NCBI GenBank assembly: GCA_963667175.2
Contig: CAXXXF010000014.1
Coordinates: 256,001 to 320,000 of the forward strand
DNA: 64,000 nt
Reading direction: 5' to 3'
Origin: Candidatus Latescibacterota bacterium
GTDB lineage: Bacteria > Latescibacterota > UBA2968 > GCA-2709665
A model generated the notes under the pieces. The model was not told the DNA's origin. It saw nothing but the letters and a program-made list of their open reading frames with translations, and did not search any database. Within the stretch, counting starts at the first letter, position 1; every line of letters begins with the position of its first letter. The position numbers and the translations under genes are program-made. This document shows positions 52,406-61,976 of this stretch, piece after piece.

Positions 52406-54148
52406 ATGACCCACACTGACGATGAGATCAGACGCCAACTTCGTCTGGGCGAGGACAGCTACTGGGAGTTCAAGCAGATCGAATTTTCCGGGAACCGGCT
52501 GAGAAATCCTGGCCGCGATGACTGGGCCGACGAGATCGCCGCTTTTGCCAACTCGAACGGCGGCACACTGCTATATGGCGTCACTGACGCGGGGGATATA
52601 CAGGGCATGTCGCGTGAACAGATGAACGTGCTGGAACGCACGATCGTCGAGCTGTGTACTCAATCGATCAAGCCCCCGCTTTTCGACGTCGTAATCACGC
52701 GTCACGAACTGGATGGCAAAGCACTGTTGTCCGTCTCCGTAGCCAGAGGCGCCGCGCAATACGACAGCCCGGGTGGCAGTTTCCGGCGCGTGGGCAGTTC
52801 CAAACGTCAAATGGGCAGCGACGAACGCATGCGCCTGGCACAACAGCGCGGTCAGGCCCGTTTTCGCTGGTTTGACGAGCAGCCCCTGCCTCAGACCGGG
52901 TTCCGCACGCTGGACGAGGCACTTTGGAAACCCTTGCTCAGCGTGAGCGGGAGGGCCGAACCCCATACGGCCCTAGAAAAACTGGCATTGTTGGGCAGGG
53001 ACGAGGACGGCGCAGTTCGGGCCACTGTGGCTGGGATTCTCCTTTGCACCCACGCGCCTGAGGAGTGGCTTCCCAGCGCTTGCATCACCGCGACCCATTA
53101 TCGCGGCGAGGACCGGGCATCCGGCCAACTCGATGCGCAGATCATCACCGGGCCGATCAACCGGCAGGTGGCGGACGCAATGGCATTTGTAATGCGCAAC
53201 ATGCGCGTTGGGGCGTACAAGAAACCCGCCCGAATGGACCTTCCGCAGTACAGTGCCGAAGCACTTTTCGAGGCGATCGTAAATGCCGTCGCCCATCGGG
53301 ATTATACGATACGAGGCAGTCGAATTCGAGTGTCCATGTTTGCCGACCGCGTGGAAATCAACTCGCCGGGCGGGTTGGCCAACAACCTCACCATCGACAG
53401 CATGGCGGCACGGCAGGCAACGCGCAACGAAACCATCGCGTCCGCGCTCGGGCGAATGCCCGTTGGAGACATTCCCGGGTCTGAAATGCGTCAATTCTTC
53501 ATGGAACGCCGCGGCGATGGTGTTCCCATTATCCTGCGCGAGACCGAGGCGTTGAGCGGTAAACCCCCCAGGTATTGGCTACTTGGCGAGTCAGACCTCT
53601 TTCTTACGTTGCCCGCCAGGGACACCAGTGCCACGCCAGCCACTGTCGTGGTGACGGTACGACGAGATGGTCGCCCGATTTCGGGCGCCGATTCGCTGGC
53701 GATTTTTCCCGATAACACCTGGATACGGGCCACGACGGACGAGAATGGAGAAGCGGCGATGGACCTGTACGCGACAAATCTGCCCATGACCGTGTTCGTC
53801 GCAGCCGGGGGCTATAAAGCATACGTTGAACAAGGGTGGGTTCCGACGAACGGCGCGCTGGCTGTGGAAGTCAAACCGCTTTCCGGCGGCGGCGCGGTGA
53901 TTTTTCCCGAGGCAACCGGCAAGATTCCGGGGCTCAAGGGACAGCTTAATCCCATTCGAGACGCACATGACCGGACCTACCTTTATGCCTCGAACATCGC
54001 CATCAACCAGGGCCAGCCGCAACCCGTTCACTTTTCGTTCGGTGAAGACTTGCGGCTCATAGATTCGAATGGCGTCGAAACGTGCGTGCGCGTCGTCCAA
54101 ATCGAAGGCAGATCGGCATTGGTGGAATATCGGCCATTCAAGGCGTGA
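52406..54148 (+). CDS. AlbA_2/Schlafen domain plus HATPase_c_4 (RecG-C-like) protein with an extra beta-rich C-terminus
   Basis: [49 protein letters not shown] and MERRGDGV. Confidence 0.82.
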   Translation: MTHTDDEIRRQLRLGEDSYWEFKQIEFSGNRLRNPGRDDWADEIAAFANSNGGTLLYGVTDAGDIQGMSREQMNVLERTIVELCTQSIKPPLFDVVITRHELDGKALLSVSVARGAAQYDSPGGSFRRVGSSKRQMGSDERMRLAQQRGQARFRWFDEQPLPQTGFRTLDEALWKPLLSVSGRAEPHTALEKLALLGRDEDGAVRATVAGILLCTHAPEEWLPSACITATHYRGEDRASGQLDAQIITGPINRQVADAMAFVMRNMRVGAYKKPARMDLPQYSAEALFEAIVNAVAHRDYTIRGSRIRVSMFADRVEINSPGGLANNLTIDSMAARQATRNETIASALGRMPVGDIPGSEMRQFFMERRGDGVPIILRETEALSGKPPRYWLLGESDLFLTLPARDTSATPATVVVTVRRDGRPISGADSLAIFPDNTWIRATTDENGEAAMDLYATNLPMTVFVAAGGYKAYVEQGWVPTNGALAVEVKPLSGGGAVIFPEATGKIPGLKGQLNPIRDAHDRTYLYASNIAINQGQPQPVHFSFGEDLRLIDSNGVETCVRVVQIEGRSALVEYRPFKA

Positions 54149-54230
54149 ACAGCAGGCCGAGGCCGCTAAGCTGGATGCGGCTATTGAGGCGAACCTGCAA
54201 CGGCTTGGATTTGGAACGGAAGAATAGAAC

Positions 54231-54653
54231 ATGCGCATCAACACCGATTTCCTGATTCGATGCATCAACACACTGGAGTCGGCCTTCAAGGAGTTGCAGC
54301 AGCGAGAGCCATCCGATACCTTCTACGACATATTCCGCGCAGCTTCGGTCAAAGAGTTCGAGATTGTGCTGGAACAGTCCGGCAGCCTGTTGAAAAAGCG
54401 CCTAAGGCCCTACCTGGCCAGCAACAGACACGCGGACAGGCTTACGTTCAAGAATGCGTTCCACCACGCCGCCAAACACGACCTCATCTCCGTGGAAGCC
54501 TGTGAACGCTGGTTTGCTTACCGGGACGACCGGAACGACACCGCCCACGACTATGGCGAAGCCTTTGCCGAAACCACACTCACATTGCTTCCGCAATTCA
54601 TCGTCGATGCCAGAAATCTGGCGAAAATTATCGCAGAGGTCGACGATGACTGA
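54231..54653 (+). CDS. HI0074-family HEPN-like protein (nucleotidyltransferase substrate-binding subunit)
   Basis: AASVKEFEIVLEQSGSLLKK; DRNDTAHDYG (R-x4-H); overlaps the start of the MNT-HsdS gene. Confidence 0.85.
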   Translation: MRINTDFLIRCINTLESAFKELQQREPSDTFYDIFRAASVKEFEIVLEQSGSLLKKRLRPYLASNRHADRLTFKNAFHHAAKHDLISVEACERWFAYRDDRNDTAHDYGEAFAETTLTLLPQFIVDARNLAKIIAEVDDD

Positions 54654-56694
54654 CAGATTGGACCTGCCGCAGAGATACCGGAGCATACTCGAGGGGCTGC
54701 TGCGTGAGCATGTGCCCGACGCCGAGGTGTGGGCCTACGGCAGCCGCATCACAGGCGAGAGCCACGAGGGCAGCGACCTGGATCTGGTGGTGAGGGGACC
54801 CGGACTGGAGCCCCTGGGCGACGGCTTCTTCAGCCTGCTGGAAGCGATCGAGGAATCGAACATCCCGATCCTCGTCCAGGCGCACGACTGGGCACTGTTA
54901 CCTGAGAGTTTTCACCCAGAGATAGAGCGGGACTACGTGGTGGTTCAGGGGGACCAAAGCGGAACAGAAAGCAGGTGGACAGCCACCACTTGGGGCGAAC
55001 TTGCAACGTTGGAATATGGAAAGTCGCTCCGTGGGTATGATTCGGCTGAAGGACCTTACAGGGTCTACGGAACCAATGGACCAATCGGCAAAAACAACGA
55101 GCCGCTCTGTCGGCATGCCAGCGTCATCATTGGGCGCAAGGGGGCGTACAGGGGTGTCCATTACTCCCCTGATCCGTTCTTTGTAATCGATACTGCATTT
55201 TACATGAAACCAAAGGTAGACCTCGATACTCGGTGGGCGTACTACCAACTGCTCACTCAGGATATCAATGGCCTCGATAGCGGCTCTGCAATACCGTCAA
55301 CGAGCCGTGAGGATTTTTATGGTCTGCCAGTTGAAGTCCCACCTCTGAAGGAACAACGTGCTATCGCTCATGTTTTGGGAACGCTGGACGACAAGATCGA
55401 GTTGAACCGGCGGATGAACGAAACGCTGGAGGATATGGCGCGGGCGCTCTTCAAGTCGTGGTTCGTCGACTTCGACCCTGTCCACGCCAAAGCCGCGCTC
55501 AGTCAAACTGCAGGTTCTTCATCGCGCGCCCACCCACCTATCACTCCCCCCTTGGGGGGGAGTCGGCAAGACGAGGGCGTCAGCCCGACGTCGCGCCGGT
55601 GGGGGGATATCCGTCGGAAATACACCCGAGAAACCCTCGAAAAAGCCCGCTCACTGCGCCAGACCCAAACCGACGCCGAGGGCCTCCTGTGGCACTACCT
55701 GCGAAATAAGCGATTGGGCGGATACAAATTCCGCCGCCAGCATCCCATGGGCAAGTACATCGCGGATTTTGTTTGTCTGTCGCGGAAGCTGATCATCGAA
55801 CTGGATGGCGGCCACCACGCGAAAGAGAACGACTACGATGAAGAGCGAGACCGCTTCTTGCAGAACGAGGGCTATCGCGTTATGCGGTTCTGGAACAACG
55901 AGATTCTTGAGAGTTGTATGGGCGTGTTGGAGAAAGTGTTCGACGCATTGGAGTTCCCCCCTCCGCCGCCGGAGGCGGCGACTCCCCCCCAAGGGGGGAG
56001 TGATGGCGAGGTGTCATCGGGTTGGACAATCGAACGGGCTCGCGCGTATCTCGACAAGATGGACCCGTCCATCGCGGCGCTGTTCCCCGATCGCTTCGTC
56101 GATTCGGAATTGGGCGAGATCCCGGAGGGGTGGGAGGTGAAGGCGTTGGGGGATGTAGCGAATCAACGGAGAAACGGACTAACTCCAGAGCAGATTGACC
56201 CAAGTGCGCCGTATATAGGGCTTGAACATATGCCCCAACGCTCCATTGCACTTTCGGAATGGACCAACGCGGATGGACTCGTTAGCGGAAAGAGCAGATT
56301 TGAAGAAGGTGACATCCTGTTTGGCAAACTAAGGCCTTACTTCCACAAGGTAGGCGTCGCTCCAGTCGAAGGAGTATGCTCGACCGATATAGTTGTTATA
56401 TCACCAATATCTGCGCATTGGTTCGGGGTTGTCCTTGGACACACGTCCAGCAAGCAATTCGTTGACTATACGGATGCCGCATCAACCGGTACCAGAATGC
56501 CGCGCACCAAATGGAAAGACATGGCATTATATGGGTTTGCGCTACCGGGCGTCGAAATCGCCTGTGGCTACAATGCACTCATCCAACCCTGGATTGAGAG
56601 AATGCTGTCAGCGATCCACGAATGTCGAATGCTCGCTAAGCAAAGGGTTGAACTGCTGCCGAGGTTGGTTTCCGGCATTGTGCGGATTGGATAA
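54646..56694 (+). CDS. hsdS: Type I specificity subunit HsdS with an N-terminal nucleotidyltransferase domain and an internal DUF559 nuclease
   Basis: WAYGSRITGESHEGSDLDLVV (MNT); IIGRKG..GSAIP..PPLKEQRAIAHVLGTLDDKIELN (TRD1 and conserved region); YKFRRQHP..IIELDGGHH..RFWN (DUF559); DSELGEIPEGW..ILFGKLRPYF..LLPRLVSG (TRD2). Confidence 0.9.
   Translation: MTDRLDLPQRYRSILEGLLREHVPDAEVWAYGSRITGESHEGSDLDLVVRGPGLEPLGDGFFSLLEAIEESNIPILVQAHDWALLPESFHPEIERDYVVVQGDQSGTESRWTATTWGELATLEYGKSLRGYDSAEGPYRVYGTNGPIGKNNEPLCRHASVIIGRKGAYRGVHYSPDPFFVIDTAFYMKPKVDLDTRWAYYQLLTQDINGLDSGSAIPSTSREDFYGLPVEVPPLKEQRAIAHVLGTLDDKIELNRRMNETLEDMARALFKSWFVDFDPVHAKAALSQTAGSSSRAHPPITPPLGGSRQDEGVSPTSRRWGDIRRKYTRETLEKARSLRQTQTDAEGLLWHYLRNKRLGGYKFRRQHPMGKYIADFVCLSRKLIIELDGGHHAKENDYDEERDRFLQNEGYRVMRFWNNEILESCMGVLEKVFDALEFPPPPPEAATPPQGGSDGEVSSGWTIERARAYLDKMDPSIAALFPDRFVDSELGEIPEGWEVKALGDVANQRRNGLTPEQIDPSAPYIGLEHMPQRSIALSEWTNADGLVSGKSRFEEGDILFGKLRPYFHKVGVAPVEGVCSTDIVVISPISAHWFGVVLGHTSSKQFVDYTDAASTGTRMPRTKWKDMALYGFALPGVEIACGYNALIQPWIERMLSAIHECRMLAKQRVELLPRLVSGIVRIG
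55540..56004 (+). mobile_element. 465-bp in-frame DUF559 module bounded by perfect 26-bp inverted repeats
   Basis: ATCACTCCCCCCTTGGGGGGGAGTCG (55540-55565) is the exact reverse complement of CGACTCCCCCCCAAGGGGGGAGTGAT (55979-56004); 465 = 155 x 3. Confidence 0.8.
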
Positions 56695-56747
56695 TCCAAC
56701 GAGAAAATGTCAGTAAATGTCAGTATAAGAAATATGAACCTCGAAGG

Positions 56748-59051
56748 ATGTTTGCAATTGAGAGTTGGTCCAACATGAAACGAAGACGAAGAGCGAAACG
56801 AAAACGCGGCGCAAGGAATACGAAACCTGAAGAGAACAGCTTCCAGGTTATCAGATTTTCACCTCCCCGACTCGACCGCGAAAAATCCGAAGGGCGTTTT
56901 CGTGTGAAAAAGGACGAATGTGAGGTCAAGTTTCGTGAGCTAGTCCATTCTCTGTCTGGTCGTTTTCGCAATAGATATCCACCACAGATTATATCGATTG
57001 TCGCGGCCTATGGGTTACATCGACAGGTAACTAGCAAGGGGGTCAGTGAAAGGGCGTTTGTCGACGTGATTCAACAGTATCACGTTGAGTTCCTACAGGC
57101 CTTGGCGCTTACGATTTCCAAAAACGAGTGGGGCAGTAAGCCAGTAACGCCAGACATTGTCCAAGCGACTATCGACGAAGTTATCGAGTTGGGAGAATCG
57201 TTCCGAATAATGCGGCAATCTGCATTGCAGAATGAACACGACAAGGAAGAACAAGCCGTGCTGGCTTTAAGAGATCGACTTCGCACACACACTCAGATTT
57301 CGCGCAACTGGGGATATCGTACAGCTATGGTGGAAGATTCAGTCGAGCTGTACAGCCCCTTGGACTCGACATTACAGAACCACTACGGATTCAGTGCAAC
57401 GGACGTGATTGAAGTAGCGATAACCCTCATCAGAGTGATGGAGAACCGCGCTGCTGAACATTGGACAATGGCCAGCGAGATTCTTCGATCGCGGAATGTT
57501 CGTCTGGTCGCCAAACGACTCTTTGCCCAATATTCGGACAGCGAGGTCGAACCTGGTGAATTCGAACGTGCATTTCCGGAAAGTCTTGATAACAACGCTG
57601 TAGAGGCGCGTATATGGTCACTTATGGACACCAATCTATTACATCTGTTTCTTTTCGACTGTGAGAGAGTTGCCGAAGAATCCGGCCGATCAATCGAAAT
57701 TGTATCGCGAGTACTACGGAAACTATCTATGGGTCCCGGTGATCTCGCCCAAAACAAACCACATGAATTTCTCCTCAACAACCCGATTTGGGTTGCACCT
57801 GGTGTTATCACCGCGGGAGATTTCTTTTTCCCGATGCCGCAGATTGTACTCAGCCACATCCACGGGCTCATGCGCATTCTCGCCAAGTGCGCGGGTTTTA
57901 CAGACAGACTATATAAGCGACGATCTAAATTTCTCGAAAATAGAGTGTATGACACGATTCGTCGAATTCTTCCTTCTGCCCATTTGACTAAGAATGTAGA
58001 ATGGCGAATTGATGGAACCCGTTTCGAGACGGACCTACTCGGCAGGGTCGATCGGGTTGTGTTAATTGTGGAAGCAAAGTCCGGAGCGCTTACTGCCCAA
58101 GGCCTGCGAGGAGTTCCCTTGCGGATAAAGCGTCATGTGCACGACCTAGTTGTTAGTCCAGCAAAGCAATCTGCACGACTTGAGCAATTGATCTGGCAAG
58201 CGAAGTCAGGCGAGACCGTTGCAGCGGACGCGATTTCCGCGTTGGGTTTGGAACCAGACAAAATAGACACTGTCATTAGAATGTCGGTGACGCTTGACGA
58301 TTTCTCCATGATGGCGATTGCTGAACGGGAACTGAGGGCAGCGGGATGGATTCCGCCTGAGCTCCAAATAGCACCTACATTGACATTCGCAAATCTTGCA
58401 ACCGTAGTCGACGTACTTCACGAGCCAGCGTATTTTCTGCACTATTTCGCCGGACGTGAACGCACTCAGAAAACGATCGATCTGATAGGCGATGAGATGG
58501 ATTTGCTCGGCCTTTATTTGGAGACTGGTTTCAATATTGCAGAAAAGGAACTTGAGGGGGGCCCATTCATCACCTCTGGACTGTCTCGACAAGTGGATCA
58601 GTTTTACAATAGTGCCGATGCTGGTGTCGAAGTACGTAAACCACGACCAAAGATCCATCGCACATTAGAAAAAATCGTCCTCTATATCCAGAATAAGCGG
58701 ATGGAGGCCTGGTCGACAATCGCGCTTGATCTTCTGCGCATCGGATCTCTTGATGAGCAAAGGATGATTTTTCAGGACGTTCAGAGGCTACGAAAACGAG
58801 TAGCCAAGACTTATCGCGACCCGGCACACATTTGCTCGGAGTTTGTAGTTCCCGCAGAACACATCGATGCGTTTATTATATTTTATGTATTTCCCAATGC
58901 AATAGCCGGCGGTCGTTTCAAAGTGGCTGAAGAATTAGCCCGCCGTCAATTCGCAGTTCACGATCGATCTCGCTGCATAATAGTCGGAAAAATGATCGAA
59001 TCCTGGGACAAGCCTTATCAGTTTGTGGCCGTCTATAACAATCCAAAATAA
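56748..59051 (+). CDS. Large hypothetical protein with a NERD/PD-(D/E)XK-like nuclease motif
   Basis: FLENRV..ETDLLGRVDRVVLIVEAKSG..AKQSAR; lower GC; lies inside the R-M locus; start may be ATG near 56775. Confidence 0.6.
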   Translation: MFAIESWSNMKRRRRAKRKRGARNTKPEENSFQVIRFSPPRLDREKSEGRFRVKKDECEVKFRELVHSLSGRFRNRYPPQIISIVAAYGLHRQVTSKGVSERAFVDVIQQYHVEFLQALALTISKNEWGSKPVTPDIVQATIDEVIELGESFRIMRQSALQNEHDKEEQAVLALRDRLRTHTQISRNWGYRTAMVEDSVELYSPLDSTLQNHYGFSATDVIEVAITLIRVMENRAAEHWTMASEILRSRNVRLVAKRLFAQYSDSEVEPGEFERAFPESLDNNAVEARIWSLMDTNLLHLFLFDCERVAEESGRSIEIVSRVLRKLSMGPGDLAQNKPHEFLLNNPIWVAPGVITAGDFFFPMPQIVLSHIHGLMRILAKCAGFTDRLYKRRSKFLENRVYDTIRRILPSAHLTKNVEWRIDGTRFETDLLGRVDRVVLIVEAKSGALTAQGLRGVPLRIKRHVHDLVVSPAKQSARLEQLIWQAKSGETVAADAISALGLEPDKIDTVIRMSVTLDDFSMMAIAERELRAAGWIPPELQIAPTLTFANLATVVDVLHEPAYFLHYFAGRERTQKTIDLIGDEMDLLGLYLETGFNIAEKELEGGPFITSGLSRQVDQFYNSADAGVEVRKPRPKIHRTLEKIVLYIQNKRMEAWSTIALDLLRIGSLDEQRMIFQDVQRLRKRVAKTYRDPAHICSEFVVPAEHIDAFIIFYVFPNAIAGGRFKVAEELARRQFAVHDRSRCIIVGKMIESWDKPYQFVAVYNNPK

Positions 59052-59472
59052 CCAACGAAGATTGCTGGTTTCCAAGTAAGTGCCGTGTTTTCTATCTGGT
59101 AATTTCCAGATCCGATCACCTTCGATTTGGAAACAAGCGGGATTAAGTGGACTATGAACTTCAAACCTGATCTGATTGACGGAGTGCGAGGCGAAGATTG
59201 CTTGAATCGAGAATTCTCTCAGATGGGCGTTGTCGTAGTGGAAGCTGCAAGGCGAACGCGATTGTGGTCACAGTCAAAGAAATGCAATAAACAAAGTTTG
59301 TCCGATCGCTTTCCAGGAGATCCGTTATCCAGAGGGTAGTCACAGCCGTCGTTCAGGCAGAAACGTCTCCGTCTGATCGGACACGTCACCCTTGGCCAGA
59401 TGCACTTGGGCGACACAGCTATATGTGTGTCGGCAACCAACGTATAAACCCATATTTGGTAGGTGGACTTTT

Positions 59473-59862
59473 ATGGCAATAAAACGAGCGTTTATCAGCT
59501 TTGATTTTGATCACGACGAGGAACTTCGTGACGCCCTGGTGGGTCAGGCAATAAATGCTGACTCTCCATTCAGAATCTCAGACTGGTCGGTACATGAACC
59601 CTTCGATTCCAACTGGAGACAGAAAGTAAGGGACAGAATCCGAAGAACTGACTTGACGATCGTGATTTGTGGTGAGCACACTCACACAGCGAAGGGCGTG
59701 GCAGCCGAGGTGTCCATCGCCCAAAAAGAGAATAAACCGTATTTCTTGCTCTGGGGGCGACCCAAAAAGATATGCAAGAAACCCGCCAATGCCTATGCAA
59801 ACGACAAGATTTACAAGTGGGATTGGAAAATCCTGAAGAAGCTGATTGCAGGAGAAAGATAG
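59473..59862 (+). CDS. ThsB-like TIR domain protein
   Basis: KRAFISFDFDHD, DWSVHEP, TIVICGEHT and GVAAEVSIA (catalytic Glu), followed by KPYFLL. Confidence 0.85.
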   Translation: MAIKRAFISFDFDHDEELRDALVGQAINADSPFRISDWSVHEPFDSNWRQKVRDRIRRTDLTIVICGEHTHTAKGVAAEVSIAQKENKPYFLLWGRPKKICKKPANAYANDKIYKWDWKILKKLIAGER

Positions 59863-59866
59863 GAAT

Positions 59867-60376
59867 ATGGGTGAGCCAAGTATGGTCCTGTTCAGTCAGG
59901 CGAAAGAGAACTATGGTGACTCTTTCAACACGCACCTTCTGGAGCAGTATAAGCTTTACGTGCAGTCGGCGGAGAACGTGAGCGCGCGGAGAGTGGCATC
60001 GAGCCGATATCTGCTGACACTCAACTCGGCCCTCGTCGCGTTGTACGGACTTCAGTCGGCAGATCTTGACCAGAACTATTGGGCGTTGCTGATTCCCGTT
60101 GTGGGAATTAGAATATCCGTGCTTTGGTATCGGATCATCAAGTCGCACGCCGACCTGAACCGCGTCAAGTTCAAGATCATTTACGTACTGGAGGATCATC
60201 TGCCAGCAGCGATGTATAAATATGAGTGGCATTTGGCTGAGGAGGGCAGAGGAAAGACCTATCGTACAGTAACAACCTTCGAAAAGTGGGTACCTGTTGT
60301 GTTCGGGGCGCTGCACGTGGCTTTGGCGATCACAATCGTCTTGACAATCGCAGGTTTATTGGATTGCGTTCAATGA
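59867..60376 (+). CDS. Membrane protein with about 3 TM segments (LLEQYKLYV...RR...N family), candidate effector
   Basis: LLEQYKLYVQSAENVSARR..LLTLNSALV, WYRIIKSH..LN..KF..I..LE..LP..EW and FEKWVP; starts 4 bp after the TIR stop. Confidence 0.7.
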   Translation: MGEPSMVLFSQAKENYGDSFNTHLLEQYKLYVQSAENVSARRVASSRYLLTLNSALVALYGLQSADLDQNYWALLIPVVGIRISVLWYRIIKSHADLNRVKFKIIYVLEDHLPAAMYKYEWHLAEEGRGKTYRTVTTFEKWVPVVFGALHVALAITIVLTIAGLLDCVQ

Positions 60377-60626
60377 CGGGATGCTGGGGCGGTTCGCGAA
60401 CCGCCCGCAAATCTTCGGTCATCGAAACCGACATGGCGAATTTGCTGTAATGACCAACCAGATCCATGCCATTACGGTAAAATACAGACGCCCGCGAGCA
60501 TCCAGTCGTGGCGCTACGAAGAGGAAGGTCTGTGCGCCGCAACGTCATCGCACGGAAAGCAAATCGCGGTTGATCCAGTGAGATCGTCTGTAATAGACCA
60601 AATCGACGTTCACCGGGAGAGCCACG

Positions 60627-60905
60627 ATGCAAGAAACCAAATCCCAACGTGTTTGGACCGTGGCCGAGGCGAAGGCCCGGCTATCCGAAATCCTGCGCCT
60701 TGCCGAGGAGGAGGGGCCGCAACGCATCGGCGCGCGGAAGCCATTCGTCATCGTACCCGAGTGCGTATGGAAGTCTCGAGACCAGGCGTCCACCCCCTTG
60801 GGTCAGTGGCTGGTTGAAAACACGCCGCGCGGCACGAACCTTGAAATCCCAAGGCGTCGCGAGAGTGGCCGCAAGATTCCCTTCATCGAGGAATCAGACG
60901 AATGA
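60627..60905 (+). CDS. Phd/YefM (prevent-host-death) antitoxin
   Basis: WTVAEAKARLSEILRLAEEEGPQRI. Confidence 0.8.
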   Translation: MQETKSQRVWTVAEAKARLSEILRLAEEEGPQRIGARKPFVIVPECVWKSRDQASTPLGQWLVENTPRGTNLEIPRRRESGRKIPFIEESDE

Positions 60906-61000
60906 GCGGTTATCTCCTGGATACGAACGTGGTCTCGGAGTTGACGAAGGAAAATCCGAACCCGGCCTACATAGACGATCTGAACGCCCAGGAGGGTTAG
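60902..61000 (+). pseudogene. VapC/PIN toxin 5' fragment (32 aa)
   Basis: MSGYLLDTNVVSELTKENPNPAYIDDLNAQEG*; ATGA overlap with the antitoxin gene. Confidence 0.75.
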
Positions 61001-61001
61001 T

Positions 61002-61229
61002 ATGAGGTGGCAGGACTATATATCGAGCAAGCCGGACGTTTGCCACGGCAAGGCTTGCATTACTGGCACACGGGTCATGGCAACGGTCATTCTGGACAGT
61101 CTGGCGGAAGGGTTGAGTGTTGAGGAGATCGTCGAGAACTATCCGTCAGTATCACGCGAGGCGGTGCAGGCGACCCTGCTCTACGCTGCCGAGTTGGCAA
61201 AGGAACGTCTAGTGCCCTTGAGCGAATAG
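61002..61229 (+). CDS. DUF433 antitoxin-like protein, copy 1
   Basis: ISSKPDVCHGKACITGTRV..GLSVEEIVENYPSV..ATLLYA. Confidence 0.88.
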   Translation: MRWQDYISSKPDVCHGKACITGTRVMATVILDSLAEGLSVEEIVENYPSVSREAVQATLLYAAELAKERLVPLSE

Positions 61230-61237
61230 GGTCCGCC

Positions 61238-61591
61238 ATGCTTTTCAAGCTGGACGAAAATCTCCCTACAGCGCTTTCCGGACGCTTCGCCGAGGCGGGT
61301 CACGATGTAGTCACCGTCACGGATCAGGCAATGAACGGCGCAAGCGACCCTGATCTCGCGGCCATATGCCGTAGCGAAGGCCGAGCCCTTGTGACGCTGG
61401 ATATGGACTTTGCCGACATCAGGGTCTATCCGCCGCGGAACTATCCTGGGTTGGTGGTCTTCAGGCTCGCGAGGCATGCCTCGGGCCATGTGTTGGAAGT
61501 CGCCACAAGACTGCTCAGAACGTTGCCCGACGCCTCGCTTCACGGGCAGTTGTGGATCGTCGAAGATAACAGGATTCGTATCAGAGAGTGA
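61238..61591 (+). CDS. DUF5615 PIN-like toxin
   Basis: FKLDENLP, GHDVVTV, GASD, RALVTLDMDF and GLVVFRL. Confidence 0.85.
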   Translation: MLFKLDENLPTALSGRFAEAGHDVVTVTDQAMNGASDPDLAAICRSEGRALVTLDMDFADIRVYPPRNYPGLVVFRLARHASGHVLEVATRLLRTLPDASLHGQLWIVEDNRIRIRE

Positions 61592-61594
61592 CGC

Positions 61595-61642
61595 ATGACC
61601 ACCCTCACCGAAGCGGACGTTGAACAGGCGGCCCTTCACTGG
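61595..61642 (+). repeat. hsdR 5' head fragment, copy 1
   Basis: ATG ACC ACC CTC ACC GAA GCG GAC GTT GAA CAG GCG GCC CTT CAC TGG = MTTLTEADVEQAALHW, typical of the HsdR N-terminus. Confidence 0.7.
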
Positions 61643-61705
61643 CGCGTCGACCCCGGCAGTGAGTATCCCAGGTTCCTTACCGCGCACCCACGCAGGAGGT
61701 GAGAA

Positions 61706-61948
61706 GTGTTCAAGGAACACGATCAAATAGTGCATACCGCTGATGTTCGTGGTGACGAGGGAGAGGAACTAAAACCGGGCGACGTGGGCACCATCATACA
61801 CGTCCATCGCGATAAAGCCGCCTTCGTGGTGGAGTTCATGTCACTGGATGGCGCCACGGTGGCTATTGCTACCGTGTTGGCCTCGCATGCGCGTCCCGTA
61901 GATGGCGCTGATCTCACGCATGCCCGAACGATTGCGGCGGCAATCTGA
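61706..61948 (+). CDS. DUF4926 family protein
   Basis: FKEHDQIV..LKPGDVGTIIHVH..FVVEFMSLDGATVA; AGGAGG RBS. Confidence 0.8.
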   Translation: MFKEHDQIVHTADVRGDEGEELKPGDVGTIIHVHRDKAAFVVEFMSLDGATVAIATVLASHARPVDGADLTHARTIAAAI

Positions 61949-61976
61949 TTGGACGCGGTGGCGACGGCCCCTCTAC

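Larger units (their letters stand above)
51313..52620 (+). repeat. 298-bp direct repeat (hsdM 3' tail plus AlbA gene start) at 51313-51610 and 52323-52620
   Basis: Ungapped alignment at offset 1010 with about 26 mismatches by hand count; a third, shorter hsdM tail copy lies at ~54144-54227. Confidence 0.9.

Noticed and set aside
59055-59470. Short ORFs between the 767-aa gene and the TIR gene
   Set aside because: No convincing RBS or motif; probably gene debris or promoter region.
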